A DNA stretch of 64,000 nucleotides from Obrimoposthia wandeli (GCA_977020255.1 CDROCS010000506.1:3596001-3660000); one strand, 5' to 3'; shown: positions 1 through 10,589, counted from the first letter of the stretch. Made by a program: numbers and translations. The notes: generated by a model not told the origin, from the letters alone.

Positions 1-428
1 GCTGCTGCAAGATTGTGGGCACTGCTAACGGCATGAATATCGCCTGTTAAGTGTAAATTCATCTCTTGCATCGGCACCACTTGCGCGTAACCACCGCCAG
101 CTGCACCGCCCTTGACTCCAAATACTGGTCCCATACTCGGTTGGCGAATACAAGCACATGATTTTTTGCCTATGTGCGCAAGCCCTTGCGTTAAGCCAAT
201 CGTCGTTACTGTTTTTCCTTCGCCATGGGGCGTCGGGGTAACGGCTGTGACGATGATTAACTTACCTTGTTGTTTTGCTGTTAAGCGTTCGAGTAAAGCA
301 GGGTCGACTTTGGCTTTCGCATCACCGAATGATGTTAGCTCATGAGAAAGGATACCGAGTTTATTCGCTATATCAGAGATAGGCAGAGGGCTGGCTTGAT
401 TTGAAATTTCAATATCTGAGAGCATCAT
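1..428 (-). CDS. fhs: Formate--tetrahydrofolate ligase, N-terminal part (runs off the window edge)
   Basis: Not in the ORF track; manual minus-strand translation gives [12 protein letters not shown]...[23 protein letters not shown]...[27 protein letters not shown]...HLTGDIHA, the canonical Fhs motifs; AGGA RBS upstream. Confidence 0.96.
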   Translation of the reverse strand, partial: MMLSDIEISNQASPLPISDIANKLGILSHELTSFGDAKAKVDPALLERLTAKQQGKLIIVTAVTPTPHGEGKTVTTIGLTQGLAHIGKKSCACIRQPSMGPVFGVKGGAAGGGYAQVVPMQEMNLHLTGDIHAVSSAHNLAA

Positions 429-704
429 ATATTCCTAACAGGTTTATTTAAAGGCTTTAACTTAAGCGGCATATGTTTAAGAGACATACTGTATTAGGCG
501 CATTGTTTAGTGGGCATAGTAAGGGAAAGTGTTGCAGATAAGAAGATGTTCGTATTGTGTTATTGCCATTTTCGAACCTAGGTCAATAAAATCAACAATC
601 ACCTTGTCATTACAGCCAATGCTAAACCAAACATGCTTTGTTTAAATAAGCTTTATACCAATGAAACTTACTTAAAATTATGTTGCAGTTAATGGATTAA
701 TATC

Positions 705-1556
705 ATGATAAATAAAGTAGAAATTGAAACCGCGGATGGTTATCAACTTGTCGCGAGTGAATTTAAACCAGTATGCAGTAATGGGCGCATTGTCATTATA
801 AATGGTGCGACGGGGGTATTACGTAAGTATTACCAACCCTATGCCGCATTTTTATGTCTGCAGGGGTTTACCATCATCACTTATGACTATCGTGGTATTG
901 GCGACAGTAAACAAGCGAGTGTGAATGCAAAACCTGCCAGCATGATACATTGGGGACAGCTAGATATGGATGCGGTGCTGACCTGGACTGAAAATCATTA
1001 TCCCGAGCTGAAAATTGCTGGTGTAGGCCACTCTATTGGCGGGCAGTTACTGGGCATTACACCGAATAACAATCGTTATGAGTCCTTTCTTAATATTGCC
1101 GCGCAGCAAATTCATTGGAAAAATTGGGGTCGTAAAGATCAGCCATTATCGGTATTGTTCTTTTATTGTGTACTGCCGTTATTTTACAGTGTTAATAAGG
1201 GCTTACCAAAGTGGGTGCTCGGGGCGGAATATTTACCCAAGCAAGTGATTCGTGATTGGAGTCGCTTTGGCCGTAAACCTTTCTATACTGATGAGCAAGG
1301 TAACGAGTTACATGACGGCTATCACCGCTATACTGGTAATATGCGTTTTTATGCGATGGCCGATGATAACCGGTTTGCACCACCTAGCTGCGTTAAAGCA
1401 TTGCAGCTACATTTTAAGAATGCACCATCTGATATGGTCGTTGTCGATCCCAAACAAGTGGGAATGAGATCGATAGATCATTTTGGTTTCTTTAAACGCT
1501 CAATGTCGGAATCCGTGTGGCAAGATACGTCAAATTGGTTAGCCTCATCTTCGTAA
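705..1556 (+). CDS. Alpha/beta-fold hydrolase (predicted esterase)
   Basis: GHSIGG nucleophile elbow, YDYRGIG motif, C-terminal IDHFGFF. Confidence 0.85.
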   Translation: MINKVEIETADGYQLVASEFKPVCSNGRIVIINGATGVLRKYYQPYAAFLCLQGFTIITYDYRGIGDSKQASVNAKPASMIHWGQLDMDAVLTWTENHYPELKIAGVGHSIGGQLLGITPNNNRYESFLNIAAQQIHWKNWGRKDQPLSVLFFYCVLPLFYSVNKGLPKWVLGAEYLPKQVIRDWSRFGRKPFYTDEQGNELHDGYHRYTGNMRFYAMADDNRFAPPSCVKALQLHFKNAPSDMVVVDPKQVGMRSIDHFGFFKRSMSESVWQDTSNWLASSS

Positions 1557-1719
1557 CTGTATTTTAAATTAGTACTATGGCTTAAATTATTTTTGATCAA
1601 ACAAAAACTAATTTTAACGATAAAACGTTTACACTCTTTAAGTACCGAGTGAAATTATGTTGTTTGCGTGCTAACCTTGCCGAAAAATACCATTCATAAT
1701 TACAAAGTAAGGCCTTGGC

Positions 1720-2616
1720 TTGGCACAATCAAACATAAAATTTCACCTTCTAGTGATACTTGCGACTACCTTAGTGGCGGGTTCATTTTTGGCATCTGCG
1801 AATCTAGCAGGGTTAGTAAACCCATTTTCTTTAACCTTATTGCGCTTTACTGGTGCGGTAAGTGTGTTGTTACCGTTTATATTATTTACCAAAAGATGGC
1901 GTAACAAGGTATTAAGAACCTTGCCGCGATCTATGGTCATTAGTCTATTTTATTCGATGTTTTTTATCTGTCAGTTTGAAGCATTGAAAATAACCACGAC
2001 GTTAAATACCGGTACCTTATATACCTTGGTTCCCTTCATTACTGCTGTTTTATGCGTATTGGTATTTAAAGATAGAATCAAAGCAAAACAGTTGATGATA
2101 TATCTGCTTGGTGCGTTAGGTACTTGTTGGGTTATTTTTGGTGGTGACTTATCCCAATTATTAAATTTTTCACTTAATAATGGTGATTTATTGTTTATCG
2201 CAGGCTGTTTGTCTATGTGCTGCTATTCAATTTCGATGAAGCGTCTATATCGTGGTGATGAACTGATCGTCATGGTATTTAGTACCTTACTCGGTGGCTG
2301 CATCTGGATGGGTGCTGCGCTATTGATATCTGGTTTACCGCTAGAGTGGCACTTGATCCAAGGTGAATCGATATTCTATATGGCGTATTTAGTGATTGGT
2401 GCGACGTTAATGACGGTGTACCTATACCAAAAAACGACGGTTGCGTTAGGACCAACTCGGGTGATGGCGTACATTTATATGAACCCTGCTGTTGTAGCTC
2501 TGTTATCACTGCTCGTCAACGGTCAAAGTATTAATATGCAAGTTGTTCCAGGCATTTTATTGTCAGCTTCAGCAACCTTTTTATTGCAACGACAAGCAAA
2601 CGCGACGAAAACCTAG
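1720..2616 (+). CDS. DMT/EamA family transporter
   Basis: 298 aa, about 10 hydrophobic segments in two repeats, LTLLRF and MNP motifs. Confidence 0.88.
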   Translation: MAQSNIKFHLLVILATTLVAGSFLASANLAGLVNPFSLTLLRFTGAVSVLLPFILFTKRWRNKVLRTLPRSMVISLFYSMFFICQFEALKITTTLNTGTLYTLVPFITAVLCVLVFKDRIKAKQLMIYLLGALGTCWVIFGGDLSQLLNFSLNNGDLLFIAGCLSMCCYSISMKRLYRGDELIVMVFSTLLGGCIWMGAALLISGLPLEWHLIQGESIFYMAYLVIGATLMTVYLYQKTTVALGPTRVMAYIYMNPAVVALLSLLVNGQSINMQVVPGILLSASATFLLQRQANATKT

Positions 2617-2695
2617 ATTGCGCATTCAAGTATTTAGCGTTACAACAGAGTTATGATTTTAATTCGTTACTAACGCTAAATACATAAGGTGCTAT

Positions 2696-3934
2696 ATGTT
2701 TAACACCCGCAGAAAATCAAAAAGTTTAGAAATTAAACTGTCTCATACCGATCGTGCAAATGATATTCGTGGTGTTAATCAGCTCGCAGTAGATGCTGTG
2801 ACAGGATTGACGGATATTGTTGAAGCAGTGCATTACACTATTTTGAGCCTTGGTCTTAATGATAAAGAGACGCCGACAAAGACACGTGGCGTGACTGGTT
2901 TTGTTTATCGCAATATTCGTAGTATTACTGCATTCGTCGGCGATAAAGTTGATCTTTCGTTATTACAATTTGGCTCGGCTTTAGGCCAACATGAATCATC
3001 ACTTAAACGTGAAGTCGCCATTTCAATGCTTAATGGTGTACTTGGTGATTACTTACTAGAACGTCAGAACCCACTTGCGGTGATTATGCAATTACGCCGA
3101 GACGGTATCGCATTAACGGATGTAGCTTTACGTAACCTGATCGAAAAGTCCGATGGCAAAATATTGTTAATGGTACACGGGTTATGCATGAATGATCTGC
3201 AGTGGCAAGTTGATGAACACGATCATGGTATTGAATTGGCACGTGACCTTGGTTATGAACCGATTTACTTACACTATAATACCGGTCGTCATATTTCTGA
3301 AAATGGCCGCGATTTAGCCGCGCTCCTTGAATATTTAGTGACAATATCACCGCAACCTTTAACGCTTTCTATTTTGGCTCACAGTATGGGCGGATTAGTC
3401 TCTCGCAGTGCCTTTCATTATGGTGAAAAAGCCGGGCATACTTGGTTGGCGCAAGTACATAAAATGGTGTTTTTAGGTACGCCACATCATGGCGCTGCGC
3501 TGGAGAAGGGCGGTAATATGATTGATATATTGTTGGGCTCAAACCCTTTTAGTTTACCGTTTACTAAGTTAGGCCAAATCCGCAGTGCTGGTATTACTGA
3601 TTTACGCTATGGTTCGATCATTGATGAAGATTGGCAAGGTAAAGATCGCTTTAGTTATACCGCTGATGATCGTGGATCACTGGCGTTACCCAATGGCGTG
3701 CATTGTTACACCGTTGCGGCAGTGAAAAGTAAGCAATCAACTGTCGTCGGTGATGGTTTAATTGGCGATGGCTTAGTGAATGTAGATAGTGCACTTGGTC
3801 GTCATAACGATGATCTATTGCATCTAACCTTCCCTGAACAACATCAGTGGGTTGGTCGCGACATGAATCACATGGATCTACTTTATCATCCTGATGTATA
3901 TACTAAAATAAGACATTGGCTGTTAGATAGTTAA
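2696..3934 (+). CDS. PGAP1-like / lipase-family alpha/beta hydrolase
   Basis: VHGLCM oxyanion segment, AHSMGG elbow, LGTPHHGA, GDGLV and terminal NHMDLL. Confidence 0.8.
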   Translation: MFNTRRKSKSLEIKLSHTDRANDIRGVNQLAVDAVTGLTDIVEAVHYTILSLGLNDKETPTKTRGVTGFVYRNIRSITAFVGDKVDLSLLQFGSALGQHESSLKREVAISMLNGVLGDYLLERQNPLAVIMQLRRDGIALTDVALRNLIEKSDGKILLMVHGLCMNDLQWQVDEHDHGIELARDLGYEPIYLHYNTGRHISENGRDLAALLEYLVTISPQPLTLSILAHSMGGLVSRSAFHYGEKAGHTWLAQVHKMVFLGTPHHGAALEKGGNMIDILLGSNPFSLPFTKLGQIRSAGITDLRYGSIIDEDWQGKDRFSYTADDRGSLALPNGVHCYTVAAVKSKQSTVVGDGLIGDGLVNVDSALGRHNDDLLHLTFPEQHQWVGRDMNHMDLLYHPDVYTKIRHWLLDS

Positions 3935-4056
3935 ATTATCAGTCAGGATATAGCGTAACTAGCCTGTTACCCGCTATCGGTTATCTGCTATACTGTGCGC
4001 CATAACTTAAATTGTGAGTCATAACGACATCACGCTAGCCTTATTAGGACTAATTA

Positions 4057-4530
4057 ATGACCAATAATGATATTATACGCCGTATTCGCTACACTTTTAA
4101 TTTCAGCGACGACAAGATGATTACCTTGTTTAAACAAGCTGAAGCAGATGTTACACGTGGCGAAATCAGCGATTGGTTAAAAAAAGATGAAGATCCTGAA
4201 TGTGTACGTCTTAATGATACCAAGATGGCTACTTTTTTAAATGGTCTAATTAACGCAAACCGCGGTAAAAAAGAAGGTCCACAACCTGAACCTGAGCATG
4301 CAATCAATAACAATATTATTTTACGTAAGTTAAAAATTGCGTTAGATCTTAAGAATGAAGACGTTCTTGAATTATTAGAAATTGCTGGATTCCGTTTAGG
4401 TAAGCATGAACTAAGTGCATTTTTCCGTAAACCTGATCACAAACATTTCCGTGAATGTAAAGATCAAGTATTACGTAACTTCCTTGCTGGCCTGCAAATA
4501 AAACACCGACCTGAAACTGAAGATAAGTAG
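4057..4530 (+). CDS. DUF1456 (YehS-like) family protein
   Basis: MTNNDIIRRIRY start and two internal repeats (NNNIILRKLKIAL, SAFFRKPDHKHFRECKDQVLRNFL). Confidence 0.85.
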   Translation: MTNNDIIRRIRYTFNFSDDKMITLFKQAEADVTRGEISDWLKKDEDPECVRLNDTKMATFLNGLINANRGKKEGPQPEPEHAINNNIILRKLKIALDLKNEDVLELLEIAGFRLGKHELSAFFRKPDHKHFRECKDQVLRNFLAGLQIKHRPETEDK

Positions 4531-4544
4531 TAAGATTTAATATA

Positions 4545-4760
4545 ATGAACAGAAAGAAAAAAGTTGTTTCGACATTAAAGAAAAGAGCTAAAAAAGCGAA
4601 TGCTAAATTAGCGCCAAGCTCTAATAAGCCACGCTATATCTCAAAAGCTGAGCGTGAAAAAATGGCACTAGAGGCGGAAACGTCTCTGGAAGATACTATT
4701 CAGCAAGAAAGCGTTCAGGAAGAACCAAGTGCTGAAAAAGATCAAGCTACAGCAGAATAG
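4545..4760 (+). CDS. DUF2986-like small basic protein
   Basis: MNRKKK...KKANAKL...KPRYISKAER pattern. Confidence 0.75.
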   Translation: MNRKKKVVSTLKKRAKKANAKLAPSSNKPRYISKAEREKMALEAETSLEDTIQQESVQEEPSAEKDQATAE

Positions 4761-4787
4761 TTAGCTAAAATATAAAGTAACAAATAT

Positions 4788-4828
4788 AAAAAAGGTATAG
4801 CTAAGATTATTTCTAGCTATACCTTTTT
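4788..4828. terminator. Bidirectional intrinsic terminator between convergent genes
   Basis: AAAAAGGTATAGCTA ... TAGCTATACCTTTTT inverted repeat with A and T tails. Confidence 0.85.
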
Positions 4829-4892
4829 CGTTTTAGCAGACTGCCATCAGCTGCTTTAATCACATACCTTAGACAGTCCTTTAGAGAACAGC

Positions 4893-5843
4893 CTAAAAAA
4901 TAGTGTACTGATTACGACCATTTTCTTTACTCTTATACAATGCACTATCCGCATTCTTCGTCCACTGATCAACAGACTCTATATTCGCTGTAAACTCAGC
5001 CATACCCGTCGATATCGTTACTTGAATGACATTACCATCGTCCAATACTAAAGCGCTCTCAATTGCCTTACGAAGTCGTTCAGCTAATATAACCGCATTG
5101 GCAGCAGTTGTATTCGTTAAACAAATGGCAAACTCTTCACCACCGTACCGGGCTGAAAAATCAGTTTCTCTGACACTTTCTCGGATCACTCTCGATACTT
5201 CCGCTATAACCTTATCACCAGCAACGTGGCCATACGTATCATTGACCTTTTTGAAGTGATCAATATCAAGCATCATTAATGTTGATATCTGCTCGTAACG
5301 TTTAACACGCTTAAACTCATTATCAATAAGCGTATTCCAGTGATGACGGTTATCAAGCTGTGTTAGTGCATCTGTTTGGCTTAAATGCGCTAACTTTTGA
5401 TTGGCCTTATCAAGTTGTAAACGGTTAATAGCAATATCGGTAACATCATAAATAATCAAACTGACGTGAGTCACTTCACCAGTGAGTGATGCTAAGGGGA
5501 TGATTGTCATGTTCTGAAACATAAATTCAGAAATACCAGTCACAGGTCGGTAGTTATTAAAACGGAAGATATAAGGGCGCTGTTCCCAACTGGTAAAAGC
5601 GTTATTTTTGAGTAAAAAAACCGATTCAATCTTACTGCGTAACCAGGCTTCAGGTAACTCTGGGAAGTGTGAGAATAGTGGGGTGTCTTGCATATCTCTT
5701 GCACTTGTCCCACTGTGATTACTCATAAAGTCGTTCCAAAGCTGAACTTTTAAGTCTTTATCTAATACCACCAGACCAGCGTCAATGGTTTGCACCATAT
5801 TCATGATCCAATGAAACTCACTCAATGAACTTTGATTATCCAT
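4893..5843 (-). CDS. PAS + GGDEF diguanylate cyclase
   Basis: N-terminal PAS-like region, DALTQLDNR, RETD inhibitory site, RYGGEEF active site. Confidence 0.9.
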   Translation of the reverse strand: MDNQSSLSEFHWIMNMVQTIDAGLVVLDKDLKVQLWNDFMSNHSGTSARDMQDTPLFSHFPELPEAWLRSKIESVFLLKNNAFTSWEQRPYIFRFNNYRPVTGISEFMFQNMTIIPLASLTGEVTHVSLIIYDVTDIAINRLQLDKANQKLAHLSQTDALTQLDNRHHWNTLIDNEFKRVKRYEQISTLMMLDIDHFKKVNDTYGHVAGDKVIAEVSRVIRESVRETDFSARYGGEEFAICLTNTTAANAVILAERLRKAIESALVLDDGNVIQVTISTGMAEFTANIESVDQWTKNADSALYKSKENGRNQYTIF

Positions 5844-5916
5844 GTAAACAATTCCTTGCAGCGGTCTGCTTGTTTGATCGCTTTGTATGTAAATAAGTTA
5901 TCACTGATAAACTCAG

Positions 5917-6996
5917 TTAATCGATGAGGTAAGAAAGACTATTGAGTAAACTCGGCAGTGATTTTTCAGTAAACAGCAATAACAGGTCACATTGCACATC
6001 GTGATGTTCAATCTGGTAGTTTATTTCAATCGCTACGGTCTTTTGTTTACGGAAATTATTCGCATTAATCATTTCTTGCACTGTGCTGTGCTGGCCAAGA
6101 ACAGAAGGGTGGCCTTGACTAAAGCTCACATTCAACTGTTGGCTGAAGCCTTGTAGAAATGCACCAATGAGAATATTCGCTGTATCCATGAGAATTTCTT
6201 TCTCTTGGAAATTTGAATTCTGATTTTCAATGCCCATCAACTTAGCCATGTCACTAAAGCTTGAGTCATGGAATAACAATAATGCTTCACCAGAAATACC
6301 AGAACAAATAAAGCCTTGGCATACTGTTGATATCGACGCCTGTTCTGATGCCGCGGACAATGCCATGGTTAATTCACTGGCTTCCAACACATTTACATTG
6401 GGTACTGGCAATAGCACAAATACATTGAGTAAGCGTGCTAATAATTCTGCAGCTTGCCCCATTGCGACATTGGCAACTTCTTGCAGTGCATCTCGAAATT
6501 CGGGCGCGAGTTCTAGTTCATCACCAAGTGCGGGTAGTGTATCTGGAATTGATTTTATTAAATCCTGTTGTCTTTCTTCTGCCTTTTTTTGAGCTATCAA
6601 CAGTGCTTCAGCTTGGGAAAACTCGTCTTTTTCAACTATGCCGTAGTTGAGTAGAATCGTTTCGATCTGCTGACTTGTTACTGGCTTCTTGATAAATGCC
6701 AATGCACCCAATGCTGTAACGCGTTGATGTGCTTCAGCTTGAATGTCACCAGAAACAACAATAACGAGTGCATTTAATTGCTCTTTTTGAATGATTTCTA
6801 AAACTTGGTAACCATCCATTACAGGCATGTTGAGGTCGAGAAAGACGATGCTACCTTTGCCTGCTCTGATTAAATCAATACCTTCGGCTCCGTTAGATGC
6901 AAGACTAACGTCTACATCCCAATAAGGAGGAAGTGTTCTAGCCAATTGTTTACGAGCTAGGTTTGAATCATCACAGATTAATACAGAAACTGACAT
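5917..6996 (-). CDS. Response regulator (REC) fused to CheC-like phosphatase domain
   Basis: ICDD, FLDLNMP and FIKKP receiver motifs; LQEVANVAMG and DTANILIG CheC-type motifs. Confidence 0.85.
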   Translation of the reverse strand: MSVSVLICDDSNLARKQLARTLPPYWDVDVSLASNGAEGIDLIRAGKGSIVFLDLNMPVMDGYQVLEIIQKEQLNALVIVVSGDIQAEAHQRVTALGALAFIKKPVTSQQIETILLNYGIVEKDEFSQAEALLIAQKKAEERQQDLIKSIPDTLPALGDELELAPEFRDALQEVANVAMGQAAELLARLLNVFVLLPVPNVNVLEASELTMALSAASEQASISTVCQGFICSGISGEALLLFHDSSFSDMAKLMGIENQNSNFQEKEILMDTANILIGAFLQGFSQQLNVSFSQGHPSVLGQHSTVQEMINANNFRKQKTVAIEINYQIEHHDVQCDLLLLFTEKSLPSLLNSLSYLID

Positions 6997-7160
6997 GAAT
7001 ATCCTTTTTCAATTTCAGTGAATAGCACAGAATTAGGGCGTAATAATAACTAAAAAACGGGGGAAGTAAAAGAAATAGCGGGGGTAAAGCGGAAATAATA
7101 ACAGTTAAACATAGTGTTATTAAAAATATGAGCAGTAGATAACACTGCTCATAAATATGT

Positions 7161-7595
7161 TTATTGTGGTTTAACAACCATAACGTTCATTGATGCTGCA
7201 CTGACTACTTTGGCAGCGATAGATCCGATCACTGCAAGCTCTAATTTAGCGCGTTTATGGCTTGGCATAACGATTAAATCAGCATGGTATTTATTTGCCG
7301 CTTTAATGATTTCTTTTGATGGTCGGCCTTCAGCCATGTGAATGTGCGTTGTAATGCTGTCATCAATGTGTTTTTTAGCAAAATCTTGTAATGCTACATG
7401 AGCAGACTTGCGGATTTCTTGCAAAACGGATGCAGGGAAATGCGCAGAAACCATTGGTAGTTGAGAAGTAGGTAAGACGTTTAACAAATGGATGTCTGCA
7501 CCCGCTATTTTAGCTAATGCGCAAGCATGTTCAGCTGCGACATGACTAAAGCCTTCTTCGTTAAGATCAACCGGTAATAAAATCGTTTTATACAT
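7161..7595 (-). CDS. Universal stress protein associated with TRAP transporter
   Basis: MYKTILLPVD, ADLIVMPSH, IGSIAAKVV; 144 aa. Confidence 0.9.
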   Translation of the reverse strand: MYKTILLPVDLNEEGFSHVAAEHACALAKIAGADIHLLNVLPTSQLPMVSAHFPASVLQEIRKSAHVALQDFAKKHIDDSITTHIHMAEGRPSKEIIKAANKYHADLIVMPSHKRAKLELAVIGSIAAKVVSAASMNVMVVKPQ

Positions 7596-7654
7596 AATAA
7601 GTTACTTATTTAAAATGAGTGATGTGGTGAGTGCTAATCAGCTGTTCATCATCA

Positions 7655-7690
7655 ATGAAATGCAGTGTGATAAAATCCACTGCATTTCAT
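7655..7690 (-). terminator. Stem-loop between TRAP permease and usp
   Basis: ATGAAATGCAGTG-N10-CACTGCATTTCAT, 13-bp perfect arms. Confidence 0.6.
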
Positions 7691-7704
7691 ATTCAGGATG
7701 ATAC

Positions 7705-10287
7705 TTACTTATTAGCTGCTATACGGCGACGCTGACCAAATGCAATACCTGCAAGTAGCAATAAAGCAGGAATGAATAAGAATTCTTTTGCAGGACGGTC
7801 TAATGGTCGTTCAACCATGAGAATCCCCCAATCAAAATCAATACCTGATTTTTCAGCTGGAGAGTCAAAACCAACCATATCAACAATCGTTTTGTCACCT
7901 TCAGTACGTAATTCTAAACCAGTACTTAATAATCGTTCTGCACCAGTGATCGCATCTTCAGCAAAAGGTAGCTGTACAATCTTAGTTTGGAATGCACCAT
8001 CAAGCGTTTCACCTTCAACACGCAAGCGTATATCTGTGCCAATAGGTAAGTCTGCAAGCACTTGTTCAATATGCTGCGGGCTAACTTCTTCAACTGGTGG
8101 ATATACCATATCCCACCAAAAGCCTGGACGGAACAATGTAAAGGTGATCAATAACAATCCGATGGTTTCATACCATTTCGATTTTGTTAACCAGTACCCT
8201 TGGGTCGCTGCCGAGAATACCAACATCGCGGTGGTCGCCGAGAAAATGGTTAAGAGCAGGTGACCAATCGAGTCCACACCAATTAATAATAATTGGGTAT
8301 TAAAGATGAACATGAAAGGTAAGATCGCGGTACGGATGTCGTACATGAAACCTTGAATACCGGTCTTAATTGGATCTGCTTTAGCAATGGCGGCGGCTGC
8401 GAAGGCTGCAAGGCCAACTGGCGGCGTATCATCGGCTAAGATACCAAAGTAGAATACAAATAAATGCACAGCGATTAGCGGTACGATCAAGCCATTTTGC
8501 GCACCTAGCTCAACAATAACAGGTGCCATCAATGTTGATACCACAATGTAGTTTGCCGTTGTTGGTAAACCCATGCCTAAGATCAAACTAATCAGCGCGG
8601 TAAAGCCCAGCATTAGCATGATGTTACCACCAGAGATGTACTCAACAAACTCAGTCATTACCAGACCGATACCTGTCAGCGTCACTGTACCCACAACAAT
8701 ACCTGCTGCAGCTGTCGCTACACCGATACCGATCATGTTACGCGAGCCTGTTACCATGCCATCAAATAATTCCATGAAACCGGCTTTGATTGCACTTGGT
8801 ATTGGTTGGCTTTGTTTGAAGTAAGCTTGTAATGGACGCTGTGTAACCACGATAAAGATCATGAATACCGTTGCCCAGAATGCAGATAGACCTGGAGAGA
8901 AACGTTCAACCGTTAAGCACCATACTAATACTACAATCGGTAGTAGGAAGTATAAGCCTGCTTTTGCTGTTGGTCCTGGTTCTGGTAACTCAAGTAATTC
9001 ACTGTCTGGATCGTCAATTTTAAGTTCAGGGAATTTGGTTGAGTATTTAACCAGTGCGACATAAATCGCGATAGTGGCGATACCAACAATCCAAGTTGCG
9101 CCAGCACCAAATACATCTTTCGTCCAGCCAATACCGTAATAAACCGCAAAACTAAGCACGAGGATCAATACAACAACAGACATAAACGAGAATAAGCTCT
9201 GCGCAAGTGTCGGCTTGTGGCGACGTGGTAGACCTACCATGCCAGCTTTACATGCTTCTAAATGTACGATGTAGATTAATGCAATGTAAGAAATCAGCGC
9301 GGGTAAAATTGCCGCTTTGATTACTTCGATATAAGGAATACCAACGTATTCCACCATCAAGAATGCCGCAGCACCCATAATTGGTGGTGTTAATTGTCCA
9401 TTGGTCGATGCAGCAACTTCGACTGCACCCGCTTTAGTTGCTGGGAAGCCAACACGTTTCATCAACGGAATGGTAAAGGTACCAGTTGTTACCACGTTGG
9501 CAATTGAAGAGCCTGATACTAAACCACTTAAACCTGATGCCACAACGGCAGCTTTTGCAGGACCGCCACGCATGTGACCAAGTAGTGAGAATGCAACTTT
9601 AATGAAGTAGTTACCAGCGCCTGCTTTATCAAGCAGTGAACCGAAGAGTACAAACAAGAATACAAATGACGTAGATACACCAACCGCAACACCAAATACA
9701 CCTTCGGTAGTTAACCACTGGTGAGACATTGTTTTATTTAAACTTGCACCTTTATGGGCAATGATGTCGGGCATGTATGGACCAGCAAAGGTATAAGTTA
9801 AAAATACCGCTGCCACGATCATTAGTGGTGGCCCTAAAGAACGGCGAGTTGCTTCAAGCAGTAATAACATACCCGTTGTTGCAATCGCAGTATCGTAGAA
9901 AGTCGGTGCACCAGCACGATCAGCTAATTCATTATAAAATAAGAAAAGATAGGCAGCACAGAACGCGCCTACGAATGCAAAAATCCAATCTGTCAGCGGT
10001 ACATGGTCGCGCGGTGACGATTTCATTGCAGGATAAGCTGTAAACGCTAAAAATATAGCAAATGCTAAGTGAATAGAGCGGGCTTCAGTATCGTTAATTA
10101 TACCAAAATTTAAAATGAACGGCAGAGGAGAGGCATACCATAATTGAAATAACGCCCAAATAAATGGCACTATTAGCAATATCTTTTTAGCAATACCTTT
10201 AGGATCGCGCGCACCAGTATCTGATTGTGCAAGCATTTCCTGCAGTTCAGCATCCATGCTAGTGGTTTGATTTTCTGTTTTAGACAT
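7705..10287 (-). CDS. TAXI-type TRAP transporter, fused DctQM (4TM/12TM) permease
   Basis: 860 aa polytopic protein; GGPAKAAVV, SGSSIANVVTTG, PPIMGAAAF, GMGLPTTANY, ADDTPPVG. Confidence 0.93.
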   Translation of the reverse strand: MSKTENQTTSMDAELQEMLAQSDTGARDPKGIAKKILLIVPFIWALFQLWYASPLPFILNFGIINDTEARSIHLAFAIFLAFTAYPAMKSSPRDHVPLTDWIFAFVGAFCAAYLFLFYNELADRAGAPTFYDTAIATTGMLLLLEATRRSLGPPLMIVAAVFLTYTFAGPYMPDIIAHKGASLNKTMSHQWLTTEGVFGVAVGVSTSFVFLFVLFGSLLDKAGAGNYFIKVAFSLLGHMRGGPAKAAVVASGLSGLVSGSSIANVVTTGTFTIPLMKRVGFPATKAGAVEVAASTNGQLTPPIMGAAAFLMVEYVGIPYIEVIKAAILPALISYIALIYIVHLEACKAGMVGLPRRHKPTLAQSLFSFMSVVVLILVLSFAVYYGIGWTKDVFGAGATWIVGIATIAIYVALVKYSTKFPELKIDDPDSELLELPEPGPTAKAGLYFLLPIVVLVWCLTVERFSPGLSAFWATVFMIFIVVTQRPLQAYFKQSQPIPSAIKAGFMELFDGMVTGSRNMIGIGVATAAAGIVVGTVTLTGIGLVMTEFVEYISGGNIMLMLGFTALISLILGMGLPTTANYIVVSTLMAPVIVELGAQNGLIVPLIAVHLFVFYFGILADDTPPVGLAAFAAAAIAKADPIKTGIQGFMYDIRTAILPFMFIFNTQLLLIGVDSIGHLLLTIFSATTAMLVFSAATQGYWLTKSKWYETIGLLLITFTLFRPGFWWDMVYPPVEEVSPQHIEQVLADLPIGTDIRLRVEGETLDGAFQTKIVQLPFAEDAITGAERLLSTGLELRTEGDKTIVDMVGFDSPAEKSGIDFDWGILMVERPLDRPAKEFLFIPALLLLAGIAFGQRRRIAANK

Positions 10288-10538
10288 CAGTCCTCCATCA
10301 TTCTTCGATATGTGGTCGCAAGAAGTGGCTCGGTTATTCGTTAGTGAACAATTAATAATTACAGGGCCCTTAACTCTTAATATAAGAATAATACTTAATC
10401 TAAGAAAGTAATATTTAATATAAGAAAGGCTGTACTGCTTATCAGCTTAACTAATCCGTAGTGTAAGAATAGTCAGTAACAGGAGTAAGAGTCGTAAAAA
10501 TTGAATTATGATTATAAAGTTGGATAAATAATTTGATT

Positions 10539-10573
10539 ATAATATTAAGGGGACAATGTCCCCTTAATATTAT
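10539..10573. terminator. Perfect 17-bp-arm inverted repeat after the TAXI gene
   Basis: ATAATATTAAGGGGACA-A-TGTCCCCTTAATATTAT. Confidence 0.6.
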
Positions 10574-10589
10574 TCAAATAAAAGTGAGC

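Noticed and set aside
112-345. Plus-strand 77-aa ORF, and similar antisense or nested track ORFs (e.g. 7772..8263, 6230..6592, 24139..24498, 63228..63593)
   Set aside because: Shadow frames of well-supported genes; no motifs or RBS support
429-704. ZTP/THF riboswitch or PurR box upstream of fhs
   Set aside because: No recognisable riboswitch core or PurR palindrome; only an imperfect 22-bp inverted repeat at 623-644 of uncertain meaning
6971-7177. Hydrophobic 68-aa ORF as a small membrane toxin
   Set aside because: Arises from a pyrimidine-skewed spacer, spans the usp terminator hairpin and overlaps both neighbours
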